Source: an uncultured Nitrososphaeraceae archaeon (GTDB lineage Archaea > Thermoproteota > Nitrososphaeria > Nitrososphaerales > Nitrososphaeraceae). From it: a stretch of 64,000 nucleotides of DNA. Location: NCBI GenBank assembly GCA_963779615.1, contig CAVZZA010000003.1, positions 512,001-576,000 on the forward strand, written 5' to 3'. Position 1 is the first letter of the stretch. Each line of letters begins with the position of its first letter. Of this stretch, positions 11,325 to 23,320 are shown piece by piece. The notes beneath the pieces are model-generated. The model made no database searches and had not been told where the DNA came from. It worked only from the letters and a program-made list of their open reading frames with translations. The position numbers were made by a program, and so were the translations under genes.

Positions 11325-11513
11325 TCGACATAATTTAGAAAGGTTTCGGCAGGTTTTAGGTTTGGAAAACCAAATTGTTAACAAAAAACTGGAAGTTTAG
11401 ATCCAGTGTAATATGAAATAGTTAACAAATTTGTTAGCATAAAAAAACGGCCAATAAGGAAAAGCGAAAAATGTGTAAACATACCAAAATATTTGTTAAC
11501 ACGGCTGTTTTCG
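11311..11513 (+). repeat. att core plus family-A arm (copy A1, overlapping the tRNA 3' end)
   Basis: tcccgctcagtccatcga, then GTTAAC-type boxes at 11377, 11421, 11433, 11475 and 11495; homologous to 45172-45372. Confidence 0.9.
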
Positions 11514-11743
11514 ATATCAACTAGACAGGAGAATCATATTTTTACAATAACTTCCGATTCTTATCAACAAGCACTAGATTTTCTAAGAAATTTAAACAAA
11601 AAATTTCATATTAAAATTTATTTAAAAACATTGAAAATACTGAAATCAATATTCAATATTCAATAGATAGAATTCAATTATAGACTTTATATAAAGGTAA
11701 TTTATTTATAAATAATTGCTATCCTTCATAATCATAGAGTTAA

Positions 11744-12427
11744 TTACTTTATAATCTGAAAAGAATTAATCATTTTTTGCGCAATTGTCCAGTATTTATG
11801 ATAATGATTTTCTGGGCCGCTATATCCAATCGAATATGCCTTGTCATTATATAATGTCCACATATTCATCACTTTTATAATAAAAGGAGGCATAGATTCT
11901 CCAGGTATTCCAGAAGTTTGTACATTTGAAATTATTTCATGAGCTTCATTACCATCTAAAGTAGTTGCATTGGACTGAATTATTGTAATTCCCGACCAAC
12001 CCAAAGGCATTGTATTGTTATTAATGTTGATATTTTCTTTAGTATATTGATTTATGGTCGTATTTGGGGCCAACTTATCTATTATTATTGCCAAGTTAAC
12101 GTCTTTGGATGGTGCGAAAAACATAACAACAGTTTTGTTGTTGCCGAAAAGATCAAGACCTTGATCTAGTTTTGTCCAATCACCAGGATATTTGATTTTT
12201 ATCCCGTAGGTAGGATTTACATAGGTTAAGAAATCACTTAAGATAGAGCCATTTCCTTGATGTGGATTTGCAATCTGAGCGATTGCTTGTGGGATATCAC
12301 AAAATAATAAAATAATGGATATTGAAGAAAAAGTTATCAGTATAAGTGAAACAGGAATATATAAAATTAAAAGTTTATCATGTTTTTTTATTAGTTCAAG
12401 TATTTTATACGTATTGCACATCATCAC
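11744..12427 (-). CDS. PsbP-related secreted protein
   Basis: TM/signal segment, then YVNPTYGIKIKYPGDW, TLDGNEA, KAYSIGY and QKMINSF, typical of PsbP-like proteins. Confidence 0.8.
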   Translation of the reverse strand: MMMCNTYKILELIKKHDKLLILYIPVSLILITFSSISIILLFCDIPQAIAQIANPHQGNGSILSDFLTYVNPTYGIKIKYPGDWTKLDQGLDLFGNNKTVVMFFAPSKDVNLAIIIDKLAPNTTINQYTKENININNNTMPLGWSGITIIQSNATTLDGNEAHEIISNVQTSGIPGESMPPFIIKVMNMWTLYNDKAYSIGYSGPENHYHKYWTIAQKMINSFQIIK

Positions 12428-12611
12428 CTTACTACTTTCTGAAAGTTTTTATACATTGTGATGGCTATTTTTTTGCCATCAAAATATTATGTCTCAAAAT
12501 GATAATGTTTGATGGAATAATCCCGTCATCACGATAGACATTAAATAAACTCTTACCTACCAAGGTTATTAGTAGATACCAATTTTGATTTTGTAAATTG
12601 AAATTAGGATT

Positions 12612-13904
12612 TTGAATCAGAAAAATCTTATTAACTGTATTAGGGCATCATATTCATTGTATTGGCAACAATACCAAATCTTATTTTTTCTCTTTTTTGC
12701 TTTTATAATAATAATCTCCTTCTACAAATTTTTTCCTCATTATGTACTTGGTGAATCACCATCATTTTCACGTCAGGTCATTAATAATTTGCAACATAAT
12801 TGGGAAATTCAACCTGAGTTAAATGGGATGAACTGTACGGGAATTCAAGATCGAATCCCATATCCTCAGATGGAAGCCGTTAGTTATTTCAGTGATGGAA
12901 AAATTTTAAATGCTACAATCTGGCTATCAGGTCCACTTGATGAACATCCGCTTCCTGCATATCGTTCGCCAATATATGCAATGGCATTAACTATCATTTC
13001 ACCTAATAAAATCGATTCAGGAGACCCTGATTATGCAGTTATGATTTCATGGAATAATACAAATCAAGAGTGGGACAAAAAGTTTGTTGAATATTCAAAG
13101 TCAAAGTCAAATCATTCAATAGTTACACCTATGTATAACATTTCTTCTGGTTTTTTTAGCAATGAGCCCATATTCTATGGGAATGGAGGAAAGGCTCATA
13201 TCAATTTTTCACTGGATTTGAGTAAAGTAACATCTCCTAGCCAGTACATGGTGTTATTTGGCATACAAGATAATTTTCTTAATATTGGAAATGGAAATAA
13301 TTTTAGTTCATGTATGGTGAGAGATTTTGGCAATAATATTGCATATATTCCTCCTCCAAAATTCAGCATATCAACAGCGCCTAGTCCTCTGATTTTAAGA
13401 CCCGGAGACCAAAAAAACTTGGAACTGAGTGTAAATTCTAGCATCCTTGGAGCCCCTATAATCTCTTTCTCTACAAACCAAAGTAAATTAATCGGATTAA
13501 ATTTTAGTCCTAGTGAAGAACATCTTACTCCAGAAGGCATAACTGTATCAAATTTAAACATACATGTTTTTGGAAATGCTACAGCAAAGCCATATACACT
13601 GCCTATATTTGCAACTATAACTTTTCCTAGTCTCAATATACAAAAGATTTTTACGCCCTTCACTCAGCCCAGCATTCGGTCTGATAATCAGAGTGAGCAA
13701 AATGCAAATATGATTCTAAGACCATCATATTTCACGGTAACAGTACAAGAACCATTAACGTGGCAAGAAAACTTTTCTAACATTTGGTCAGTTTGGGGCG
13801 GTTTTATCAATTTAGTCGGAGGAGGATTCGCTGCAGGTTTTGCAGCACTAGTGTTAAATAGGTTTAAAATAGATCGAAAAAAACAAACGAATGAATCTTC
13901 TTAA
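12612..13904 (+). CDS. secreted/membrane-anchored hypothetical protein
   Basis: N-terminal TM segment, VSYFSDGKILNATIWL, beta-rich C-terminal half, C-terminal TM anchor. Confidence 0.75.
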   Translation: MNQKNLINCIRASYSLYWQQYQILFFLFFAFIIIISFYKFFPHYVLGESPSFSRQVINNLQHNWEIQPELNGMNCTGIQDRIPYPQMEAVSYFSDGKILNATIWLSGPLDEHPLPAYRSPIYAMALTIISPNKIDSGDPDYAVMISWNNTNQEWDKKFVEYSKSKSNHSIVTPMYNISSGFFSNEPIFYGNGGKAHINFSLDLSKVTSPSQYMVLFGIQDNFLNIGNGNNFSSCMVRDFGNNIAYIPPPKFSISTAPSPLILRPGDQKNLELSVNSSILGAPIISFSTNQSKLIGLNFSPSEEHLTPEGITVSNLNIHVFGNATAKPYTLPIFATITFPSLNIQKIFTPFTQPSIRSDNQSEQNANMILRPSYFTVTVQEPLTWQENFSNIWSVWGGFINLVGGGFAAGFAALVLNRFKIDRKKQTNESS

Positions 13905-14479
13905 TCAATCGAGTTTATAAATAATCATTCCACTCTCTACCCTTATCTTTGGAATTGCATCAGTTGCGATTGATAAAAAACGAAAGAAAAGGTAGAAATG
14001 AGTCACTCCGAGTCACTCTCTAAACATAATGATAATTATTACCATATATGGTCGTACTAGATGCAAAAAAACATTTCACGGATATAATTTTAATATCGAA
14101 TATAAATATTATTTCTAGATTGTCATATTTGGGTTATATCAAAGACAAAGAAAATTAATTTTTACTGGTTTTGTTTTTTTAATATAGATTTTGTCTCATC
14201 TTCACATTTTACTTCTGTCCATTTATCGAAGAGTCCATAAGATTGAGAAATGTCTAGATACCTAAGCGTGGCTGCCATGGCACCAGGATTCATACCTTTT
14301 GCATGTAATAGGCTACCAGTATTGTTGGGTTCTTTTGAACTTATATCACTGCTCATGTTTATTAGAAGGAACTTTATATGTATAAGATTTCTTAAGCTTG
14401 GCATTTATATGCATAAACCAATCAGACTAATTTTAGATGACCGATTTCTGTTTTGATATTTATTATTAGATCCCAAGAA

Positions 14480-14620
14480 TACCCCATCTTTTATACGGCT
14501 TGATAAATTCAACAAATACAGAATTGGCGGATTGAAAGATAAATCAAAAAATGGCAGACCTGCAGGGATTTTAGAAGAGTTAGTTTACCAGATAAAAAAG
14601 GAATTATTATCTGAATATTA
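14480..14620 (+). pseudogene. IS630-like transposase HTH remnant
   Basis: Plus-strand translation FNKYRIGGLKDKSKNGRPA...LVYQIKKEL resembles the GLxDxxRxGRP segment of IS630-type transposases. Confidence 0.5.
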
Positions 14621-14980
14621 AAAGTGTCACCTTGAGTAGTCCTTTAGATTGGAATATCTTTGATCACTACGATAGTTCACGGATATTTTGTAGTAATAAT
14701 GATTGCAATAAAGTAACCGAATTGATTATAGTATCTGATTATACTATTGAAATCAATAAATCGTTAGAACACTAATTCATCAGTATTAACCAACAAAAAA
14801 AAATGGTGTAACAACTGGACAAATAAAACAGGTTCCTGATAGCAACAATAAATTTGTATTTAATGTGAAATATAATGATCTAGCCAGGACCGGATATTTT
14901 TATTAATTCTGGAAATGAAGATCTCCGATAAAGTTTTTTATACACATTAATTAGTTCATGATCATAGTCATTTAATCACA

Positions 14981-16313
14981 ATGAACTCCAAAGATATACA
15001 GACATTAAACAATTCGGGTTTGGAACATTATAATCAGGGGGAAAAAAATCATGAGAAAGACGAAGTTAAAAAATCAATAGAATATTTTGATAAAATACTT
15101 AAACTAGAACCAAATAATGTGGTTGCATTAAAAAATAAAGGCAATGCACTTATTTACTTAGATTGGAATGATGAAGCTATCAAATGCTTTGATAAAGACT
15201 TTGGAAATTAATCATTCATCTGCCGATTTATTGAATAATAAAGGCAATGCTTTCTATAAGGCAAATAAATTTGAAGAGGCAAATTACTATTATGATAAAG
15301 CTCTAAAGATCAATGCTAAATTTAAAGAAGTATGGAATAATAAAGGCAATGCTTATGCCAAAATGGTAAAATTTGATACAAATGCAGAAGGTCAAAATTA
15401 TAGATATGCTAAAGAATCTTACGAGAAGGCGATTGAAATAGATGATGAATATTATACTGCATATAATAATTTTGCATTATTAGATGTAATTGAATCCAAG
15501 ATATTTGAAAATAAAGGAAAATTACAAGACGCTAAAGAGCACATTGAAAAATCATATAAAATAAAAAGTGACAATCCAGAAACTTTGGATAATTATGGTG
15601 TAGTTTATTATCACCTTAAAGATTACGATAAAGCTCTAGAGTTTTTCAATAGAGCTAAAGAAAAAGACAATAAATCTGCAATAATAATGTATCACATAGG
15701 AAGAACTAACGTCAAAAAAGAAAATTATATAGAAGCCCTGAGTTGTTTTGATAAATCTTTAGATATCGAGCCTAAATTTGCCGAAGCTTATAATGGGTTA
15801 GCTTTTGTCTATAATAAACTAAAAGACTTCAACAAGGCTATCAAATATGCAAGGAAGGCATTAGAAATAAAGCCTGAACTAGAAGTTGCAGATTATAACC
15901 TCGGAAAATTAGCTTCAAGCGATTTAATTAAAAAACACGGTGATTTTTGGGAATTTTGGACATCTTCGCCTTTTAAAAAACTAATAGTGTTAGTAATTTT
16001 ATTATTAACTTTTGTTTTTGTATCTCTCTATGCAATTCATATTTTCGGTTTTTTCAATCTCAATGAAGTTACAACAACTAACACCACTACAGCAAATAAA
16101 ATAGTAAATACTACAATACTTACCAATTCGGGAAGAGATGTACCTGAAACATATTTTATTATCATAGGTGTATTGCTATTTATTTTACTACTACCTGAAA
16201 TAAGAAAGGCTAAGATGGGCCCGGTTGAATTTGAATTAGATGAATCTGACAAACATCATTTTGAAAATGAGCCTAGTCCGAGCGGTCAAGAAGATGGAGA
16301 TGAAGAAATCTGA
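14981..16313 (+). CDS. TPR-repeat protein with C-terminal TM segments (frameshift near 15200)
   Basis: ORFs 14981-15211 and 15168-16313 join into continuous TPRs (NNKGNA...YDKALKIN); two C-terminal hydrophobic helices. Confidence 0.85.
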
Positions 16314-16527
16314 TAATGCATACTATATCCAATTAATTTACTTTTTAATCCTTTGTCAATATTATATAATAAGATTAAAATCAGAAAATTTACCAAGTAT
16401 CATTCGCATACAAAGGTTAATTTGCATTCCAAGTTGATTTAAAATACATATAATATATAAGCAAAGCAATTAAAAAATAATTAATCGTAAAATGGTATTA
16501 TAACCCCTTTACCACAAGGATTTAAAA

Positions 16528-16664
16528 CCCGCTCAGTCCATCGAACAACCTTCGGCAGAAATGCCCGTGAGTTTTTATGCTTATTTTTATGAAATAGTTG
16601 ACCATCAAATCCATGAATTTTGGATGGAAAATGGCAAAAAAGTTGACTATATGGTTGACCATCA
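16528..16664 (+). repeat. att core plus family-B arm (copy B1)
   Basis: cccgctcagtccatcga, then GTTGAC boxes at 16597, 16642 and 16654; homologous to 48858-48996. Confidence 0.9.
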
Positions 16665-16781
16665 TAGCAAGTAAATCCTCTTTGAATGTTTAAATTGGAT
16701 TTGTCTTTATCAAAGAAAATGTTTTTACTCAAAGTAATTGCATCTACATTATCATTTTTTAAAATTTTCGAGGTTTTATCA

Positions 16782-17457
16782 GGTGCTGTTAACTCAGGCG
16801 TTTATCACCTTCATGTTATGCATTTTTGCAAACAGGTTGAACCAGTTTTTGATATGGCGGAAGTCGCACACCGCTTTTCTGCATGGAAAATAGTCGTCAA
16901 ATCCTTCTGTCCTGTCCTTGATGTACTGTATTGTCCTTTCAATAACACTTTTCTAAAATGTGGAATGAATATGATGCTTCAGTTTCAGGAACAGAAAGGC
17001 CTGCGGATACCATGTGCCTCCGTCAGTTGAAACAGGATACTTTCCGTGAGCCTTGACCAGGCCAAAGATAAACCTTTCCGCAACAAGCATGTTTCTCTCT
17101 TTGGAGATTGACAGTGCGAGAATCTGCCTGTCTTTTGGCTCGATGGCAACCCAAAGCCACACCAATTCCGAACCTGTCTTAACAAGTGTTTCATCCACAA
17201 CATATTCTGAAATCCTTTTCCTTGATCCCGTCTTCCTTCCAGGCCTATATTTCTGAATCCACTTCCAGATTGCAACATGGCTTCTCTTTACAATGTGCAG
17301 GTAAGACAACGCCTTGGCAACGTTTCTCAATGACAAACCAAGAAAGTAAAGATACAAACCGTGGCCAATGTGTTTTGAAGGTGTCCTATTTCTCTTATTG
17401 CGCATACAGGAAATGAGCATCCTCAAGCTATAGGATTTTCGTTAAGTTAACAGGGCC
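16782..17457 (-). mobile_element. IS6-family insertion sequence (transposase 16953-17426, frameshifted at the 3' end)
   Basis: TIRs ggtgctgttaact and agttaacagggcc; 8-bp TSD ttttatca at 16774-16781 and 17458-17465; motifs GLSLR, RSHVAIWKW, VDET, STDGGTWY. Confidence 0.92.
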
Positions 17458-19006
17458 TTTTATCATTAGTATAAATTTTTATAATCGAATTAGATCTAAA
17501 ATCAAAATGCTCGTCATGCTTTTCAATTGTAGGATCTTTTGTTGACTTCAAGGCATATAAATCTGAATTTCTAGATAAAGAAAAAGTCGATATGGGTCCA
17601 TTATAACCAAATGAAGCAATTTTATTAAATCAGGATTTTTTTTGTTTTCTATTGTTAAGTAACATTGAATGTTTCGTTACATCATTAAAGATATTTGCTC
17701 CAACAATAAAATCCAAAAAATCAAGGTTACTTGTGATGTTATCGTCATCATTAATGTAGATTTGTTTTTCTTGCACAATTTTTTTTAACATACTGTGGGA
17801 ATTGGTGTTTTGAAGGCTTTTAGGTTTTGTATAATAAATATAATCTCCATCACCTTCATTATTTTTAACATGATAATCTAGTTTATTATTATCACCATAT
17901 TCAACACCTACTGATTTTAATAGAAAATTTTGTAACTCACTTTCTTTAGGTTTTAAAAAGAGTCGAAACTCTAATGTTAAGATTAAAGACGTTCAAATTT
18001 GTCTTGCTTTTTTTATGTAAGGTATTAGGTGTAATCTTTCGAAAAAATCAATAATTTGCTTATCGGAAGGTAACCCCACAGGATCTAAAAACATTTTAGA
18101 ACATTATAACGTCCTACTAGATTTTTTTCAACATTTGTAAATAAAAATGGCAATGCATATTTTCTATTTTTAATTAACTTTAACAATGAAACAGATACAA
18201 ATTAAAATCAATATTGAATTCTTTTTTGTAATCTTTATCCATGCTTAAATATTTATTTTTATCCTGAACTTTGTGGTTAATTTTAGGGCCATTTCCTGCT
18301 TTGGTGGTCAAGGGCTATCATTATAGTTTACAAGAGCCCGTAGATTATATTTATCAAATTCAACTGTAGTAGAAGGCAACAATGTTATATTAAATAGTGG
18401 CTTATGTAGGATTAACACAAATATTAAGCAATATTCATTACTGTAAACAATATTATTTATAATGATAAATAAAATAAATTTTAATCGATGCTAAACATTG
18501 TAGACAATTTCAAACTAATTTATGCTCCCCTTTTCTATCTAGCCCCTTCTTATGGATTTTGGAAATTTCATTACAACAACTTTGTCTTTCATTGTGAAAT
18601 AGGTTCAATATTCCTTATCTAGACCAATTGGATTGAAATGAAATAAAGGCTACCTCTTCATAAATTTTTTCGATAGGGTAGCGAATACCTAATCCAGATT
18701 ATGTAGATCCAAATTAAATTTATTTTGACATTTCGGACAGGTTATTTTTAAACTTTCATTAAAATTTATTTGCGGATACAGACCCCAACGTTAAAAAATG
18801 GCTAGAGGAACATAATATGGATATCAATAAAATGAGAGTTGACCTAGTCAATACATCTAAAGAGATCAAAGACCTTTATGATCCATCAAAAAAACCTTCA
18901 ATAACCATATCAAATACCGTTGATAGAACGCTTTCAGAACTAGATAAAAAAACCAAGGTAACTACTTCCTGACTCATAGAAGGATATTTCAAGAAATAAA
19001 ATAGTT

Positions 19007-20181
19007 GAGCATGGGTCATAATTCATTTTAATAATTTAGTCATTATTTTCGGAAGACAAATCAGCATCCTATCATGTACTTAATTGCTTTTGGAATGTCT
19101 TTCTGCATTTTGCAGTTATAATAAACAAGTATTTGATAGAGTAACACGGAAAGAAGAACAACTGCACATACCTTATCATATCCTCTCACAGGTAATGGGT
19201 CCATTCTAAAGACTGATTTGATGTGCTCAAACAGCGGTTCTATGGATTTGCCTCTCTTTGAGTATATGACCTATCCTAGAGCGGATTCATAGAAATCAAC
19301 AATTAGATTTATCCTTTCTGATGGGGTATTTCTGTATCGATGGACTGGACATACAAGTTGAAATCCCAAATCCATGCTCAAGTCATACAGGTTTTGGTCG
19401 TCGTATCCGGGGTCTGCAGTCATGTAATACGTTTTCCTTATTGTTGTAGAATGTAAACTGGATGTTAGTTCTGGAAAGACCTGGTTGTCATATACATTTG
19501 CTGTTGTAGCATCAGCTGATAGGGGTAAAGCAATGGAACCAGTACCTACATACCATGTGCAACTTGTATCCAAATACCCAACCTTTGGTATGACTGAAAC
19601 CCCATCTGGCGTCTGTGTCAATACCCGGACGTGGTACTATTCCTTTTTCCATTGAGGATTTATGCCAGACATGACCTTTTGCTTTGATAGGTGTGCTGTC
19701 TATTGCGAGGATATGTGGTCTGACCAAACCTTCTGAAACAAACAGACATCCCATTGTTGCAATCCTTTCTTTGATGTCGATAGAGATTGTCTTCAACCGC
19801 CTGTCAAAGGTGCGCCTGCTTGGCAACTGCGGTTCAGACAATCCACAGGCTTTCGTCACCTTTTTGTTGTAGGGCAGGTCGATGGAAAGATATTGATGCA
19901 GTGCCCTGTTTGAATCAAGCCGTAACCATATGCGTACTATAAAGCATCTCAAAATTGTGGTGGCAGAATATACACACGGTCTACCGCGGCGGCTGCGGCG
20001 ACAATGATTTTTTGTCTGATTGTCACCGCATGACCAGTCAATCAATCCAATGATATGCAAAATGCTAATTAGAATGGATGATGAACAATTTGTTGCTAGT
20101 CTTTTAGGTAGTACCTTGTTTCACCAAAATACGATACTCCTCTAGGCTAGCTTTATTTGTTATGAATTCTGACCCGGGCTC
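19007..20181 (-). mobile_element. DDE insertion sequence (DDE_Tnp_1-type) with frameshifted transposase
   Basis: TIRs gagcatgggtcataattcat and atgaattctgacccgggctc (17/20); 8-bp TSD aaatagtt; motifs IDSTPI, DTDARWG, GYKLH, ADPGYD. Confidence 0.88.
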
Positions 20182-20546
20182 AAATAGTTATCAAATCGCC
20201 AAGATATATTTTATTATTTGGTAAACAGTACATATAGAAGAAATAAATAAACTTGTCACTAAAAAGAAGAATTCTTCGACGAGGGGTACCATTCGGTCCA
20301 CCGTTAGGTCAAGGAAATTGGGTACAGATATTAAAACTAAAGGATTTTTATTTATATCGTATCCAGGGTCAATTGAAGACCAATTTGAATTTTTAATAAG
20401 AAGATGGACTAATAGCATTGGATAAACCATCTTGCTCGGAAGATATTTGTGAGGCGGCATTCTGTGTGGTACATTATCCCAATTAAACCATTTAATGATA
20501 GCCAACTATCCAACATTTCAATAGATATTGATAATTAAAGTAATTA

Positions 20547-20894
20547 ATGGGTATAAATTGTATATCATTAGCAATATTTATTAATATCGCTTTTTTAATT
20601 AAAGAAATGTCATTTAAAGTCATTCTAAAACATGCAAGTACAGAGGGTGATGAACACACATATTATGGAATCGTTTTCCTTAAATCTGGTCAAAATCAAT
20701 CAAAGAGGCTTGAATTTTCAGAATCAGAAAACATATTGAAAGCTACATTTACTTTTGACGGTCACCCTGTAGAATCCGGAGAGAATTACTTGGCAGTTTT
20801 GATTCCAGTGAACGAAGGCGAGAGAATTGACAATCCAGAATTTAAAATACAGTTTAATTCTCCAGCACCTGAACCAGAAATAGTTAATTTTTGA
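20547..20894 (+). CDS. hypothetical protein (start probably at MSFKVILKH)
   Basis: Compact protein-like ORF, no family recognised. Confidence 0.6.
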   Translation: MGINCISLAIFINIAFLIKEMSFKVILKHASTEGDEHTYYGIVFLKSGQNQSKRLEFSESENILKATFTFDGHPVESGENYLAVLIPVNEGERIDNPEFKIQFNSPAPEPEIVNF

Positions 20895-21138
20895 AAAATT
20901 AAAATAAGTTCCACCATTCAAAACCAACCAACCTTTTTCTTTAATTAAACATCATATTATAGATTATTATTCATAAAACATGAGAATAAAATTCATTTAT
21001 AGGGTACAAATAACATATTGTTTTATTAAGATAAACAACATTTTAAACTAATATGGAAATATTAATAATTTACTAATTGATAAATTTTAGGATAGTAGAA
21101 CATTACACAAAATAGTAATCAACTGAAAAACATTCCTA

Positions 21139-21152
21139 GCTCAGTCCATCGA
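21139..21152 (+). repeat. att core copy with a different (third-type) downstream flank
   Basis: gctcagtccatcga, a 14-bp exact match to the tRNA 3' end plus TCGA. Confidence 0.8.
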
Positions 21153-21660
21153 ATAGTGACCGAAAGGCACTTCTCCATACGATGAAAAATAAAACCTTTT
21201 TGATCTATTCAATTTTTGGTGGATATTATAGTGAAGGTTATAGGTGTTAAAATAGACCTATTTTATTAAATCGCTAAAACTATTTTCCCAAATCACAGGA
21301 TCCCATAGATATGTTTACACAATCATTTAATGATCTTTCTAAAAATTGGGCCAGTGCTTCAAAGAAATTTGAGTCCATGTACTCTTACTGCAAGAAAGGA
21401 AGTCATGTGAAAGGGATTGATGAAAAAGACGGAGGGGTTGGTGGACGAGAATCCAGAGCATTTTACAAAACGTTCCCAGAAGGGAACAAAAGTATCTTAA
21501 AAACCAAACATGGACACAATTCGTCTCACACCAGGTTGCCTAAACATCTAAAATCATATTTAGATCGCAAAAAGACAACGACATACTTGACAACTCTTTA
21601 TGGGATGTTATTGCAAATTATTGACATATAGATTTAATACATCCCAATATATATTAAATT

Positions 21661-23320
21661 ATGAATACTTTATTTGCATTTCATCCAATGAATGCTACAT
21701 TACAAGTGCCATATTTGACTACAGTCAAGATTGGCGATAATCAAGTCAACGTCGCAGAACCCGCAGAGATTTATTTACGTCATGTTTCCGAAGACCGCAA
21801 GATTATCGCACAACTTGATTTGATCCACTCATTTAAACCACTGACTGAACCAAACTCTTACAGCTTGGCCATGTGGCAGACACCTATACGTAACCAAGGA
21901 GGTAGGGGGACATGCTATACTTTTGCTTGTATAGCCGCAATGGAGGCCATGTACAATCGTGCATTTGGACGGATACTCGACCTTTCCGAGCACTACGCAT
22001 TTCAATTAGGGAAAATTGGTGAGTTATACCCAGATTACATGACCAACGCGCTTCCACATGAAAGTAACACGAGCTACTGGGGAGGCCAAGGAAACAGTAC
22101 CTTTCTTAAATATGATTAGTCGATGCGCCGTGCCCATAGAATCAGAGTGTCCTTATCTAAGTCAGGGAGATTTGGAAAAAATTCGAACATCATTAGGGTT
22201 ACCACCAATGGATGACTTTGAGACTATTACACAAGAAACCATTGATGAATTTGAGTTTGATGAAAAAAATGTGTCAGTTGCGGCACGCAGTCAGGCTGTA
22301 TATCAAGGTACTGGTTACGCGATAATAGGCATTGAGATTGCAGATATCGAAAATGCGATTGCTTCAGATCACGAGGTTGTTTTGGACATCTCGACAAACT
22401 GGTTTACAGATTCTGGTGGCGTATGGCAGTATAGGGCTGATCCCTCTGCACAAGGTCACACAATCTTAATCGTAGGCTATAATCGAGATTCTAAGATCTT
22501 CACGTTCAAGAACAGTTGGGGATCTGGAGGCCTTGACTCTATGAGTTATGATTGCTTTTCAAAAATAGCTGCAGGTGCTTGTACACTTAATGGTGTTGTG
22601 AGTCCTCTTCGTGGTCCTCAGGTCTTGTCACGATGGCTTGGTAAATGGAATTCCGATCATGATGGCTGGCGCGGTAAACTCACGATTCGACGAGTCACGA
22701 ACTTTCGGGACAGCGGTACTAGTGCTCCAACAAAGATAGGCAATTGGTATGCTCCAGATAATACACGTCGTGACATAAATGGTTCCTTCCATGAAAACGA
22801 TTTGCAGTGTATTTATTGGATGGCTTCAAACTCTGACAAGGTGCGACCTGGTCAGATCATAGGACAACCCTTTACTGTCGAGAATTACTCCTGGGAAGCG
22901 ACTAAATGTGCCGGTACGACGGTCTGGGGCGATTCTAGTTTTGGAGTAATCCTTGATAGATCCGGGATCCCCATCAGTTCTAATAACGGGGACTCCAAAG
23001 AGTGGATAGGAAGCTGGTCAATGAATCATGATGGCTGGCGCGGTATTCTTACAGTTAGTGATTTTATAAACATACGACTCCCACCAGGTCTCACCTTAAC
23101 TATTGTACGAGCAAGTTACAAGGGAGCTGATGGTACTATATATTCAGTAGCGGGATTGCGTGACGCAAGCAATTCACATCATTTATCGATTACTATTGCA
23201 TTTCCAGACAATAACCAAACTTTTGACCTTTATCTTTTCAGCCAAGAACTCGATAAAGCAGCAGGAAACACTGTCTGGTCAGACAAAACCTTTGGTGTTC
23301 AATTATACAAGATCGTCTAG
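21661..23320 (+). CDS. papain-family (C1A) cysteine protease with duplicated C-terminal domain (frameshift near 22100)
   Basis: Catalytic motifs NQGGRGTCYTFA, GHTILIVGY and KNSWG split over two overlapping ORFs; two C-terminal WxGxWxxxHDGWRG repeats. Confidence 0.88.

Noticed and set aside
11184-11384. ORF antisense to the tRNA as a real gene or split-integrase N-fragment
   Set aside because: It is the tRNA/arm antisense frame; the equivalent frame in arm A3 has a stop, and no catalytic integrase fragment lies left of any core.
19337-19348. Inverted match tcgatggactg to the att core
   Set aside because: Only 11 bp, opposite orientation, inside transposase coding sequence, no arm.
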